Of a stretch of 64,000 bases of DNA, positions 40,867 through 53,386 are shown piece by piece. The translations under genes and the position numbers were made by a program. How positions within the stretch are numbered: position 1 is the first letter of the stretch; each line of letters begins with the position of its first letter. Origin of the DNA: Anolis carolinensis (Eukaryota); contig NC_085844.1 of assembly GCF_035594765.1 (NCBI RefSeq), forward strand, positions 157,434,107 to 157,498,106. The letters run 5' to 3'. The notes below the pieces were generated by a model. The model was given only the letters and a program-made list of their open reading frames with translations. It was not told where the DNA came from and searched no databases.

Positions 40867-43800
40867 ATCGCATTCAAAGCATCCCCAACAGGTGGCCATC
40901 CAGTCTCTGCTTAAAAGCCTCCAAAGAAGGAGCCTCCACCACAGTCCGGGGCAGAGAGTTCCACTGCCGAACAGCCCTCACTGTGAGGAAGTTCTTCCTG
41001 TTCAGGTGGAATCTCCTTTCCTGTAGTTTGAAGCCATTGTTCCGTATCCTGTCTGCAGGGCAGCAGCAAACAAGCATGTTCCCTCCTCCCTATGACTTCC
41101 CCTCACATATTTGTACATGGCTATCATGTCTCCTCTCAGCCTTCTCTTCTATAGGCTAAACATACCCAGTTCTTTAAGCCACTCCTCGTAGGGCTTGTTC
41201 TCCAGACCCTTGATCATTTCAGTTGCCCTCCTCTGGACACATTCCAGCTTGTCAATATCTCCCTTCAACTGTGGTGCCCAGAATTGGACACAGTATTCCA
41301 GGTGTGGCCTGACCAAGGCAGAATAGAGGGGTAGCATGACTTCCCTAATCTAGATGCTATACCCCTCTTTATGTAAGCCAAAATCACATTGTAGGCTCAT
41401 GTTTAACTTGTTGTCTATGAGGACTCCAAGGTCTTTTTCACACATACTGCTGTCGAGCTAGGCATCATCCCCCATTCTGTATCTTTCCATTTCATTTTTT
41501 CTGCCTAAGTGCAGTATCTTGCATTTGTCCCTGTTGAACTACATTTTGTTAGTTTCGGCCCATCTCTCTAATCTGTCAAGATCATTTTGAATTCTGCTCC
41601 TGTCTTCTGGAGTGTTAGCTATCCCTCCCAGTTTGGTGTTGTCTGCAAACTTGATGATCGTGCCTTCTAATCCTTCGTCTAAGTTGTTAATAAAGATGTT
41701 AAACAGAACCGGACCCAGGACGGAACCCTGCAGCACTCCACTTGTGACTTCTTTCCAAGATGAAGAAGATGCATTGGTGAGCACCCTTAGGGTTCGTTCG
41801 CTTAACCAATTGCAGATCCACCTAACCGTAGTTTTGCCTAGCCCACATTTGATTAGCTTGTTTGCCTGAAAGTCATGGGGGACCTTGTTGAAGGCCTTAC
41901 TGAAATCCAGATAGGCTACATCCACGGCATTTCCCCCATCTACCCAGCTTGTAACTCTATCAAAAAAAAGAGATCAGATTAGTCTGGCATGATTTGTTTT
42001 TGGTAAATCCATGTTGACTATTAGCAATGACTGCATTTGTTTCTGTTTGCAGACCACTTCCTTAATGATCTTTTCCAGAATCTTGCCTGGTATCAACGTG
42101 AGACTAACCAGACAGTAATTGTTTGGATAAGGACCTTCTTGAAGATAAGGACCACATTCGCCCTCCTCCAATCTGCTGGGACTTCTCCCGTTCTCCAAGA
42201 ATTCTAAAAAAATGATTGCTAGTGGTTCTGAAATAACTTCCGCTAGTTCCTTCAATACTCTTGGGTGTAGTTGATCCGGCCCTGGAGACTTAAATTCATT
42301 TAGAGCAGCCAGGTATTCTGGATGACTTCTTTCCCTATTTGGGGTTGGATTTCCCCCAATCCTTCATCCACTCCATGTTACTGAGGTCGAGTCTGGCTTT
42401 CTTTTTGTGAGAAGACTGAGGCAAAGAAGGCATTCAATAGTTCTGCCTTTTCCCTATCCCCTGTCAGAATTTCCCGATCTTCTCCTTGCAGAGGCCCTAT
42501 CGCCTCCTTGTTCTTCCTTTTCCTACCAACGTAAGCAAAGAAGCCCTTTTTATTGTTTGTAATGTCTCTGGCAAGCCTGAGCTCGTTTTGCGCTTTGGCC
42601 TTGCGAACCTTTTCCCTACAGGAGTTGGCTATTCGTTTGAATTCTTTGTGGGTGATTTCTCCCTTTTTCCATTTCTTGTGCATGTCTTTTTTTAGTCTTA
42701 GACCAGTTAGAAGTTCTTTGGACATCCATTCTGGTTTCTTTGCACTTGTCTTGTTTTTATTCTTTGTTGGCATTTGCGCCTTGAGTATTTCACTTTTGAA
42801 AAACTCCCATCCATCCTTGACTCCCTTGTCTTGCCGCTCAGTATTTCTTTTCTTTTCTTTTCTTTTTTTTTGGAAGTCAGCTCTCCTAAAGTCCAGAATG
42901 CGGGTTTGACTTTTTTTTTTCCATTTCGGCCTTCCTTTGTATCACAAACTGCAGGAGCACATGGTCGCTTACCCCTAAGGATCCAACCACTTCAACTGCA
43001 TTGATCTGGTCCTCTGCATTTGTTAGGATGAGGTCAAGAGTAGCCAATCCCCTTGTTGCCTCTTCTACCTTCTGGACCAGAAAATTGTCTGCAAGGCAGG
43101 CGAGGAATTTGTTTCACTTTGTACTCTTGGCCGAATTTGTTTTCCAGCAGATATCAGGATAGTTGAAATCGCCCATGACTACTATATTTCTTCTTTGTGC
43201 GTGTTTGGTCAGCTGCTGACAGAAGGCTTCATCAAGTTCTTCATCCTGGTTCGGAAGTCTGTAGTAGACACCCGCAACGAGATCTTTTTGAGTCCCGGTT
43301 CCCTTGATTCTTATCCAGATGCTTTCAAGCTGGTTTTCCGCTGGATTGCCATCTTGCATCTCTTCTGCAATGTAAATGTTTTTGACATATAGGGCTACTC
43401 CCCCTCCTCTCCCCTTTGTTCTGTTTCTGTGAAAGAGATTATAGCATTCAATGGCTACATTCCAGTGATGGGAGTCATCCCACCACGTTCCAGTGATGCC
43501 TATGGCATCGTAAGTGTGGTGTTGTGCTAAAAGTTGGAGTTCATCTTGTTTATTCCCCATGCTCTGTGCATTAGTGTAAAAACATGTAAGCCCCTGGGAC
43601 CTTCCCCTGTACCTCTGGGATTACTGTGTTCTTGGTAATTGGTGTTTGTGCAACCCTCCATTTAGCCTTATGGCGATTCCCTGTGGTCATGGGTAAAATG
43701 CTGCTCGCAAGGCTATTGTCCCCCTCCCCCGGCTGACCTAGTTTAAAGTGCGCCTGATTAAGTTTGCTAATCTGTGAGCAAAAAGGTGTTTTCCTACTTG

Positions 43801-43945
43801 TGTGAGATGCACCCCATCCCTTGCCAGTAGGCCTTCCTCCTTGAAAAGCAGGCCATGGTCAAGGAAGTCAAAGCATTCCTCCTGACACCATTTTCTGAGC
43901 CAGTTATTGACCTGTACTATTTTTCTGTCCCTTGCCAAATCAAAA
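40867..43945 (-). mobile_element. CR1 LINE, degenerate; ORF1 C-terminus through RT; lacks 3' tail
   Basis: Fragments QVNNWLRKWC..DGVHL (esterase), MGNKQDEL..GDFN (APE), FADNTKL (RT); multiple frameshifts and deletions. Confidence 0.97.
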
Positions 43946-44121
43946 GGCAACATGTCTGAGTGGTGACATGAGATAATATGAAATTTCTCTTCATGTCATT
44001 TGCTCTGCAGTGGTCCATTCACACATGGGCAAGCCCTACTTGATGTTGTACTCGTTGTAATCTCATGACGATGATGAACATGAATATATGAATCAGCTCA
44101 AAGATTAATTTAGGATGCTTG

Positions 44122-44800
44122 CAGGCCCGGCCCAACACGGGACGCTAGCCACGCCCCCGCGTTGGGCGCCATGTTCCCAGGGGCGCTATCGAGCCCCTGG
44201 GAGGCGTGGCCACACTTGGCCCAGCCTCCGGCGCCCTGGCCCTGCCTCCCGCGCTGTGGGAGGCATGGCCACGCGACGCGGGAGGCGTGGTCAAGTCTGG
44301 CCCCGCCTCCTGCGGCGCCTGCCGTAGGGACAGGGTGGCTGCCGCGGGAGGCGGGGCCGGCCACGCCTCCCGCAGCGCACGCCCGCTGCAGCTTGGCTGG
44401 GACAGGGTGCCCGCCGCGGGAGGCGTGGCCAGCCCCACTTCCCTAGGCGGGCACACTGTCACAGCCAAGCTGCAGCGGGCATGCGCTGGAAGGACCGGAT
44501 TCCCGCTGCAGCCTGCCTGGGACAGGGTGTGGCTAGCTCTGGCCTTGCCTTCTGCCGCGCGCGCCTTGGCCAAGCTGCCCACGCTGTGGGGGGTGGGGTC
44601 AGGGCGCCCGCACGCAGCGTAGGAGGCGGGGCCAGGTCTGGCCATGCCTCCCGCGCTGCCCCATGCCATGGGGGTGGGGTCAGGGCACCCGCGCGTGGTG
44701 TGGGAGGCGGGGCCAGATCTGACCACGCCTCCCGTGGCACGGTGGGGGGGGTGCAAAATTTTTTTTGCATACCCCTGAAGATTCCCTTGGGCCGGTCCTG
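44122..44800. mobile_element. GC-rich non-autonomous hAT-like element
   Basis: TIRs caggcccggccc / gggccggtcctg; 8-bp flanks GATGCTTG / GAGGCTAG (6/8). Confidence 0.75.
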
Positions 44801-44971
44801 GAGGCTAGCGTTCATTGGTAAAGGAAGCATTATGAACACCCTGTCTTGGCATTTTTCAGATATCTTGGGTTCTTCTCTTAATTGTCACCTGAGACCAGCG
44901 ATTATTTCAAGTGAAGGAGAGGGAGATAAAAAGCAAGCTTGTTCCACAGCTCCTCCTCAAATAGTTTAATA

Positions 44972-45294
44972 CAGTAAAGTCTCACTTATCCAACATAAAC
45001 GGGCTGGCAGAATGTTGGATAAGCGAATATGTTGGATAATAAGGAGACATTAAGGAAAAGCCTATTAAACATCAAATTAGGTTATGATTTTACAAATGAA
45101 GCACCAAAACATCATGTTAGACAACAAATTTGGCAGAAAAGGTAGTTCAATACACAGTAATGCTATGTAGTAATTACTGTATTTATGAATTTAGCACCAA
45201 AATATCACGATATATTGAAAACATTGACTACAAAAATGCGTTGGATAATCCAGAACGTTGGATAAGCGAGTGTTGGATAAGTGAGACTCTACTG
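44972..45294. mobile_element. Tc1/mariner MITE (same family as 17545, opposite orientation)
   Basis: TIRs cagtaaagtctcacttatccaac / gttggataagtgagactctactg; left TA. Confidence 0.92.
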
Positions 45295-45307
45295 TTTACT
45301 ACTGTTT

Positions 45308-45515
45308 GGGGTCTTGTGTGGTTTCCGGGTTGTATGGCTGTGTTCTAGTAGCATTTTTTCCTAATCTTTCACCTGCATCTGTGGCTGACATCTTCAGAGG
45401 ATCCAGCCACAGATGTAGGAAAAACATCAGGAAAAAATGCTACTAGAACACGGCCACACAAACAGGAAATCACACAATCCCCCAGTGATTCTGGCCAGGA
45501 AAGTCTTCAACAACA
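45308..45515. mobile_element. Penelope-like terminal-repeat-derived inverted repeat
   Basis: About 80-bp inverted arms 45308-45387 / 45404-45483; minus strand reads CTGAAGA..GAAA hammerhead-like core. Confidence 0.7.
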
Positions 45516-47278
45516 TATTTACTATTGTTTATTTTGTGGGAAAGGGCTTACTGAGATTTGCGTTTTTTCTCTTATTTTACTATTTATTTTCTATTCATGT
45601 CATGTGTTTTTCTGGCCAACCATGGAATAGCAAAAATTGGGTTTTAGAAAGGTGAATTTGTTTAACCTAACACCAAGTTAAATTTGAAAAGGTGCAAGAA
45701 TGGTCCCCAGTGTGGGATCATCTGAGGCCAAGTGTCACCCCTTGACATCCTCCTCAGCTTTCCCCTGGGTGACCCAACTGCAACCCAATAGCTGTACTGG
45801 TCTCCATCTGGCCATCTACGGGAAGGCAGACCCAAATAAGGGCAAACCCCCAGTCAATCCCAAAATCTCAGGTCCTAAATAGGGCTTTAGAGCCCTCGCC
45901 TTCATCCCCACTACCTGCATTGTGTTGTCCAAAAGGAAGTGAAGAAATGTATACAGAGCTAATAACCACTTAGCTTCATCCCAAAATCATTGGTATCATG
46001 GCACATTGCACCTGGCATCATCAACACTGGCAATTTCTCAATCAGAAACAACAAAAAGCAAAACTTCTCCCAAAGCACCTCATCGTGTTGGAGTTTGGAA
46101 TCGATCTGTAGTGAGTATAAAATTGTAGGCAAAAATTCTCTTGTTCTATTAAATATACAGAACCCCACCTGGGAGACATTTTGGCTGTAGGGCAGAGTAA
46201 AAAACTACATTAATTATTCAAAATAACACCCACTCTTCCTCCATCTCCACAACAGATAATGCTACACTTCTCTTACAAATGATTCAACATTTAGATGATG
46301 TTTTGGGCTGCCATTACATCATTACAGGCATGAAATGCAGTTTCGTCTATTTTCTGTGTCTTTCAATGTGGATAATCACTTTTTGAATGGGTATTTGGTA
46401 GCTCGGATGGAGTTGAAAAGAACAAACATATGCAATTTAATCTGGATAATATGGAAACACTGGTGGATGTGAATGTTTTTGTGGCACCAGAATAGCTCAA
46501 AACTAATTTGGTCGGGTTTGAATTATCCTAAAGTCTTTGGTGCACATTTCTGGAGTGCTTTTGGATATTGATTAGTGAGTCCACTTGCCTAGATAAAAAG
46601 GACTGAATAAAAAGTATGTATGATTTAGTCATAATCAGATTTGGTCATTGTAATACACAATGGTCTAACTACCTTCACAATTGGACAACACTTTTTCAAG
46701 AATGAACTTCATTGTGCACTTCCATTGCACAATACACTCTTTATGCATCCACTTGCACTATGTTGCACTATGTTACACTATGGTGCCACATGCACAACTC
46801 AATCTTCTGCCATGTTTAGGGGTCAACAACCATTGCAAAATGTCAACTAATTTGTCCCACTCATGTAGTACAACTTATGTATGTTATTAACAAGATTGTT
46901 CCTTCTGTTTGAAATACCTTTCAGACAATTGTCATATGTTGCAGCTGGCATCAAAAGGGGTTGGTGGTAGGTTGTTTACTGAAGTGTATCATGTCAATTG
47001 GGGAGGAATTACATTGGCTCCCATTTTATTTCCAGATCCAAAATTAAAGGGCAAGCCATTACTTTTAAAACCCCAAAGAAGGGGTGGGTAGCCGCTTAAA
47101 ATCAGGGGGATGTAACCACCATTCCTTTTTCTTCAGAATCCTATGGCATTTTTCAAAACAGATTGACTAGGAGTGCATTTTGAATTCTGAAAATATATCA
47201 ACAGTTGTTTGAGAGGCAAAAAACAAAAAGCGGATCCTTCAAATACTCTTCAAATGGAGAATCTCACTGTTTGGAGAC

Positions 47279-48074
47279 TTATGCCTTAGTTACCTCTAGA
47301 CTGGACTACTGTAATGCGCTCTACGTGGGGCTTCCCTTGAAGACGGCCCGGAAGTTACAGTTGGTCCAACGTTCGGCCGCCAGACTAATAATGGGGGCGA
47401 GTTACAGGGAGAGATCTACTCCCCTGTTTAAGGAGCTCCACTGGCTGCCGTTCATCTTCCGGTCCCAATTCAAGGTGCAGACCATCATTTATAAAGCCCT
47501 AAACGGTTTGGGACCCGCCTACCATCGTGACCGTATCTCCTACCATAAACCTGCCCGACCTCTCCGATCATCAGGGGAGGCCCTCCTGTCGCCACTACCT
47601 ATATCTCAGGCCCGCCTTGTAGGAACAAGGGAGAGGGCCTTTTCTGCGGTGGCCCCTCGCTTGTGGAACTCACTGCCCATTGAAATCAGGCAAGCCCCCA
47701 CCCTTTTAGCCTTCAGGAAAGATTTAAAAACATGGCTCTTCCGGTGTGCTTTCGGAGAGTAAATGTTCTATGCTACTCCCCCCCCAATATTTATCCTCTA
47801 GACTGGTTCACTATCTGATGTCCCGTCCCTCAAGGTTTTTATTCTGATCCCTTTCTCACCCAGAGTTTTAATTTTTAATCTAGTTTTTAAATGTAGTGTT
47901 CATGCGGCCTGCTCTTGTTATATTGCTGTTTCGATCTTATGTTGTACTGTTTATTTTATGTAATGTATTATTTAATTGTATTATGTTATGGTTATATTGT
48001 ATTGTCTTGGGCATGGCCCCATGTAAGCCGCCCCGAGTCCCCATTGGGGAGATGGTGGCGGGGTATAAATCAAG

Positions 48075-48133
<59 letters not shown>
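47279..48133 (+). mobile_element. L2-clade LINE 3' end, young, heavily 5'-truncated
   Basis: Open frame ALVTSRLDYCNALY..LHWLP..RERAFSAVAPRLWNSLP ending 47762; CpGs retained; long (TTA)n tail. Confidence 0.92.
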
Positions 48134-48134
<1 letters not shown>

Positions 48135-50275
48135 GGGATGTGGCCCTCCTTTTTGGGAGAGGCCAAACATTTATTTTTGGCAATGGGGATCTCATATGTA
48201 CAATGTGGACCTTAGTGTATGGATTGTAACTGAGGATCATGAAGGTCCCACGCCATTTTCAAGGGTCTGCATTTAGGAAACCCAAAGGACCTTTATCTTA
48301 GATAGCAGGTCCTTGTTATAATCTCAGAAAGATTTTTGAGATCTGCTTCAAAACACTTACTTGTTTTGTTCTACAGGAGACAGTGACTTGGAACAGAAAT
48401 TTTCTCATAGTGACAATGAAAACATTGAACTCCCTTCTGGGAAGAGGTAAACCTCTTGCCTCATTGTTAAACTTCTTGGCAAGTAGAACCAATTTTCTTC
48501 AGGATTTAACTGCCCCAAAGGTGGTTTTTAATGCAATTGACATTTTGTTTATATATGTGCATTTTGGTGTGCTCATGTTTGCATTGTCGCAGTAAGTATG
48601 TATCTCTGGTACATATGGAATTAATATAGTAGAAAGCATGTTCCATCCTTCCTAGCACTGAAGACATGAGATAGTTTATAGCCACAAACTTTGTTGTAAC
48701 TACTCACTTCAAAGAGAGCACGTTTACTTTTAAATGTATTGCATTTTTCTTTACAGCTATTTTAGCATGTCAATTTCTTTTGCAATTACTTACAAACAAT
48801 TGCTATGATTTCAGCTGCAGCAATAGCATGACACTCTCTAACATTAGGGAGAGTTTGATGCCTCAGATTTTGTTGGTAGTTATATTTTTTGCCAGGCATA
48901 TATAGATATTGTAGTTATTAGATTTCTATTGCCAGGTGTACACAGATGCTGTTTCATGAGCCAAAACAACCTGATTTGCTTTCTCTGCTATGGATTTTGA
49001 CCTGGTTGAGTGAGGACATCCTATTGGTATCTCCAGCAGCAGAATTGCTGGAGCTGACCCTGGTAGTTACCCACTTTTTGCTTAAAATAAAAGAAATCAA
49101 GGATGTAACCAAAGAGCTATGGATGCATGCTGGTTTGTTTCTCAAATATGAATCTACTCTGTACAAAATTGCCACATATTTACTCCATCTCTTATTGCTA
49201 TCCTCATTCCAAGGGAAACCATAGTCAATGTTGGGACCCTCAGGCTATGCACTTAAGTTTGGGAAAATCTCAATACGAATATAATTTCTTGTAGCAAAAT
49301 CTTTCCCTCTGGTGCTTTTGCATAAAATGCATGAAACCTCCTCATTATTGCTTAAATGCCCTTGCCAGTTTAAAACTATATATTTCATTGTGGGGATTTG
49401 CTTCCAAGCACCTGCTCATTTTGTAATCTCAGAATTCACTTCCATCCAAGGTTATAGCTTTCTCTCTCTCCCTTGCCCTGCTGTCTTTGAGTTTTCAGAC
49501 TGATGAATTTTTTCCCTTGCACAGCTCACCAAGGGATGTTCTGATCTGCTTTCCATATCCAGATGCAGTTTAATTGTTTAACATAAAGACATATGCTGAG
49601 ATTTAGAAAGCACTCTCCCCAGAACCTAGTATGATAATTATTGCCGATTGAAAACTATATATTATCAGCTAGAGATCGCTTTTGTCCTTCAATTAAAGCA
49701 TGCTTAGATGGGCAAGATATGATAAACTCGGCAATAATTAGAAAGGTTTAATCATTCTTATTTCACACAGTGATTTGCTATACTTTGACAATGAGAGAAA
49801 ACATAAAGTTGGGAAGTGTTATTTGGTCATTTGCAAATTTGTTTGGCTTTAGGAAGAAAAAGGATGTCTCATTTTACACTTCATGATACAAGCTAGGATT
49901 ATTAGCCAGGAATGCAAACACAGTGCTGAATGTTAAAACACAGACGGCAGAGTCAAATAAATAAATACATGGAAAGAAAGAATCATAGATCACAAATATG
50001 ACAATACCCCCTTTTTTGGGGGAAAATTTTAATCCTCTGAATGGAGAAAGTATTTGAATAAATTAAGCACGAGAGGGAAAATAAATATATTTAAATGTTT
50101 AAAATAATATATACATTTGCTCAAAAATCTCTCCCCAAGTTCCACCTAGCACAATGCATGCTTCTTATAGCTTCATCTTTTTATTCTTGGCAAGAATGTA
50201 TCACATAGAACCTTTAATACTCAAAAGGAACAAGATCCCATTTTTTTGCATGGAAATGGGTGATTACCTACTTTC

Positions 50276-50960
50276 TGTCACAGAACCCAAGAATGACAAA
50301 TACTCAGTGTTGGGAATACCAAAGGCTACAACTTCTTTATTGATTACAAATGACAAACAGGGTTGGCCATCATGCATGGGCCCTGGATTAAGAATCACAC
50401 AGTTCACTACTGACCGATACTACTTAACAATGCCAGGGGGTGATCCAGGGCTTATGCCAAACGCCTGCAAGTTGTGATTTTTTTCGCGTCAGGAGCGACT
50501 TGAGAAACTGCAAATCACTTCTGGTATGAGAAAATTGGCTGTCTTCAAGGTCGTTGCTCAGGGGACGTCCAGATCTTTGATGTTTTACCATCCTGTTGGA
50601 GGCTTCTCTTATGTCCCCGGGTGGGGAGCTGGAGCTGACAGAAGGGTTTAACCCATTGTGTCACTGGGGCTCTGGCAAGTTGTGATGAAGGGACAAATCT
50701 CCAACAAAACCACCAAATAACATAACAAATATGCAGGGTGGGTGGGTTGGGATAGCCGAAAGATGCACTGGCTGAGGAGTGGCCTGGCACAGCCAGTCAG
50801 GGGGCAGGGCAGGACCTGCTGGTGATTGGCCGGCCAGCCATGCCAGGGGAAGCATACCCGGCACAGGGAGCTCCTGGGAAGAAGGAGCCCCCCCAGATGC
50901 AGTGGTGGGCAGGAGGATGCCTGCCGCTGCAACATCCCCGCCCGGTAATTTGGTCACGAC
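50276..50960 (-). mobile_element. Possible solo LTR
   Basis: Ends tgtcacagaacc / ggtcacgac; TTTATT (minus-strand polyA signal) near 50337; GC-rich interior; abuts a 5S-derived sequence. Confidence 0.35.
50479..50674 (-). mobile_element. tRNA-derived SINE (AnolisSINE2/Vingi-tail-like), internally deleted
   Basis: Minus strand gagccccagtgacacaatgggttaaaccc..ctcaagtcgctcctgacgcgAAAAAAA; 12-bp TSD GCAAGTTGTGAT (50467-50478, 50675-50686). Confidence 0.85.
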
Positions 50961-50961
50961 T

Positions 50962-51626
50962 TATCTTGGAAGCTGAGCAGGATTCAGCCCTGCTTAGTAG
51001 TCGGATGAGAGATTGTTAAGAAATACTGAATTTTGTAGGATATATTTCTGACAAAACTATTTTGTTATACTCGTTTATTATTTATTTATTTACAGTATTT
51101 ATATTCTGCCCTTCTCACCCCGAAGGGGACTCAGGGAGGAATATAATGAACACATATATGGCAAACATTCAATGCCAACAGACAAACAACATATATAGAC
51201 AGACACAGGCATTTAACATTTTTTTCCAGCTTCACGATTCCGGCCACAGGGGGAGCTGTTGCTTCACTGTCCACTAATGGCTGTACTTCCTCATTCCTTT
51301 CCTCGTGTTTTGCTGGCAGTTTTATGAAGTTGTCAATTAGTTAAATTAGCCTCCCACATAAAGCGTACCTAAATTTCCCTACTTGACAGATGCAACTGTC
51401 TTTTGGGGCTGCATAGGTCAACAGCAAGCCGGGCTATTTAATGGTCGGGGGCTTAACCCGACCTGGGCTTCGAACTCATGACCTCTCGGCCAGTAGTGAT
51501 TTATTGCAGCTGGTTACTAGCCAGCTCCGCCACAGCCCATTGCCTAAGAAAATCCTATAGAGTTCTTGTGGTTGCCAAAAGTCAACAGGCGACTTAGGCA
51601 TATCTACACACACACACACACACACA
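50962..51626 (+). mobile_element. 5S rRNA-derived SINE with RTE-like tail and (CA)n end, split by another SINE
   Basis: atcttggaagctgagcagg..ttagtagtcggatgagag..aaatact..tgtagg is a degenerate 5S rRNA 3' half; resumes at 51539 ttgcctaagaaaatcctat..caggcgactt..(CA)n. Confidence 0.65.
51074..51538 (-). mobile_element. tRNA-derived SINE with L2-type tail
   Basis: Minus strand box A TGGCGGAGCTGG, box B GTTCGAAGCC; tail ctgagtccccttcggggtgagaagggc..(TAAA)n. Confidence 0.8.
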
Positions 51627-51740
51627 TCACATACTATATTTTCCAAGATGGAGACTTAATAACTGAATATAATTAGACTTCCACATTAATGGGAATCATA
51701 ACATGGTTGAACTTCCTGTCACATTGAGTTATGTAGCCGT

Positions 51741-51959
51741 GATGCATCTACACTGTTAAATTAATGCAGTTTGAATAACTTTAACTGCCAATACTGAATG
51801 TTATGGAATCATAAGGTTTCTAGTTTTATGTGATATTTAGCATTCTATGCCAACAGGTGCTGTTGTCTTTCCAAACTACAATTCCTATGATTCCATGGCA
51901 CTGAGCCATGGCAGTTAAAGTGGTGTCAAACTGAATTAATTCTACAATATAGATGCACC
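51741..51959. mobile_element. Palindromic MITE (Harbinger-like)
   Basis: Termini gatgcatctacact / aatatagatgcacc with long inverted arms; decayed relatives near 8770, 21540, 34310. Confidence 0.65.
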
Positions 51960-53014
51960 ACATGTTCACTTGAACAGTTATAGCTTCTTTTCAGACCTTT
52001 CCTGTCAATACGGGAGTTGGAAATGGAGAAGATAAAGTTGAAATATGCACTTCAAACAATGTCTACACAGTTATAAAAATTAAAACTCAAATAGGGCTTC
52101 TTTCCACTATGGAACTTACCCAACTACCAAACTAGGTTTTTAGGTAGTTGCATGGCTATTAATCTACATCTGCCAGAGTAAACACTACCCCTGCTTTGGA
52201 AAGAGAGTGCAGTAATGCACATTAAACTTTACTCTTCCCCCCTCCCCCCCCCCCTCACCTCATCAAAAAATTCTTCAAAACGTGTCATTCATTCTTGGTA
52301 TCTGCAACTCATTCAAAACAGTTATTCCACCATACAAGGCTGTTCCCCCTTTCCCCATCCCAGTTTCTGTGCTTCAGGGAAGATTTAATTCAGGAAACCA
52401 CATGTTAAAAAGATACATGTGGAGTGAGCAGAATATTGGGATGCTGAGAGTGTGTAATACAACTCATGCTTGCTTTTTATTAAAATGCAATCTCAAGGCA
52501 GAGCTTGCTGCTAGACCTTGAAGGTTGTAAGGGCTACCCCTCTTTGGTGGCCCCTTTCTGTAATAACATTTTTTATTATTGTCATTTAGCTCCAGGACAG
52601 ACCTTATGAAACAGAAACAGACATGTCTGAACTCATTCTTGTTGTATTTATTTTTTTCATATGTAAAACAGCTTTGCTGTAGGGTGGAGAGCTGTCTTTA
52701 TATGCCTACTATTTGCATGTCTTCACTATAAACATAGATCTGTAATGTTTGAGTACTATTCAGTTATTACCCCAAGTTATATGAATAAAATAAAACAGAT
52801 TCTTGCATAAATAGTGAACTTCAGTTTAATATGAACACCGTTTTAAATTGTATTAAATCTATAATGGCAAAACTTCCTGTTTGTTGCCTGGATTGAATGG
52901 CAGTTCTCCTTAGAATATCCCCATTAAAATAAATGGAACTTTAGCTGTAGTCAGCAAGTCATATTAATTTTAACAGGCTTTCTCATAGTAGGTCCAATAT
53001 TGGATTTAACCCTT

Positions 53015-53230
53015 GCTGTGACTGTTGTGTGCCTTCAAGACATTTCTGATTGTGTCAATCTTATTGGGAATTTTGCTGCCGAGATTTGTTCAAATTGAGT
53101 TTGCCATTGCCAGGATGAGACAACATTGTTTGCCCTGAGTTACCCAGTGGGTTCCCATGGGTGAGTGGGGGTTTAACTCAGTCTCATGGAGTCTTTGCCA
53201 AACATTCAACCATTACACCACATTGGCTTC
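53015..53230 (-). mobile_element. Old tRNA-derived SINE
   Basis: tgttgtgtgccttcaag..gagatttgttca..tttgccattgcc..cccagtgggttcccatgg..aaacattcaaccattacaccac. Confidence 0.55.
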
Positions 53231-53251
53231 CAGGATCTTATCAGTTTAGTG

Positions 53252-53386
53252 CAGTGGTTCTCAACCTGTGTGTCCCCAGATGCTTTGGCCTTCAACTCCC
53301 AGAAATCCTAACAGCTGGTAAACTAGCTTGGATTTCTGGGTGTTGTAGGCCAAAACACCTGGGGACCCACAGGTTGAGAACTACTG
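53252..53386. mobile_element. hAT MITE
   Basis: TIRs cagtggttctcaacct / aggttgagaactactg; TSD GTTTAGTG / GTCTAGTG. Confidence 0.9.

Noticed and set aside
44110-44969. Several overlapping 70-203 aa ORFs
   Set aside because: By-product of a stop-poor GC-rich repetitive hAT interior; low-complexity Ala/Pro/Gly/Arg
47205-47762. 185-aa ORF as a domesticated gene
   Set aside because: It is the C-terminus of a young truncated L2 read in from flanking DNA with a non-ATG start
47896-48276. Poly-Ile/Leu ORFs (also 13130, 13761, 14803, 14853, 55876)
   Set aside because: Translations of trinucleotide microsatellites
50962-51040. 5S rRNA gene
   Set aside because: Only a heavily diverged 3' part, followed by SINE body and tail
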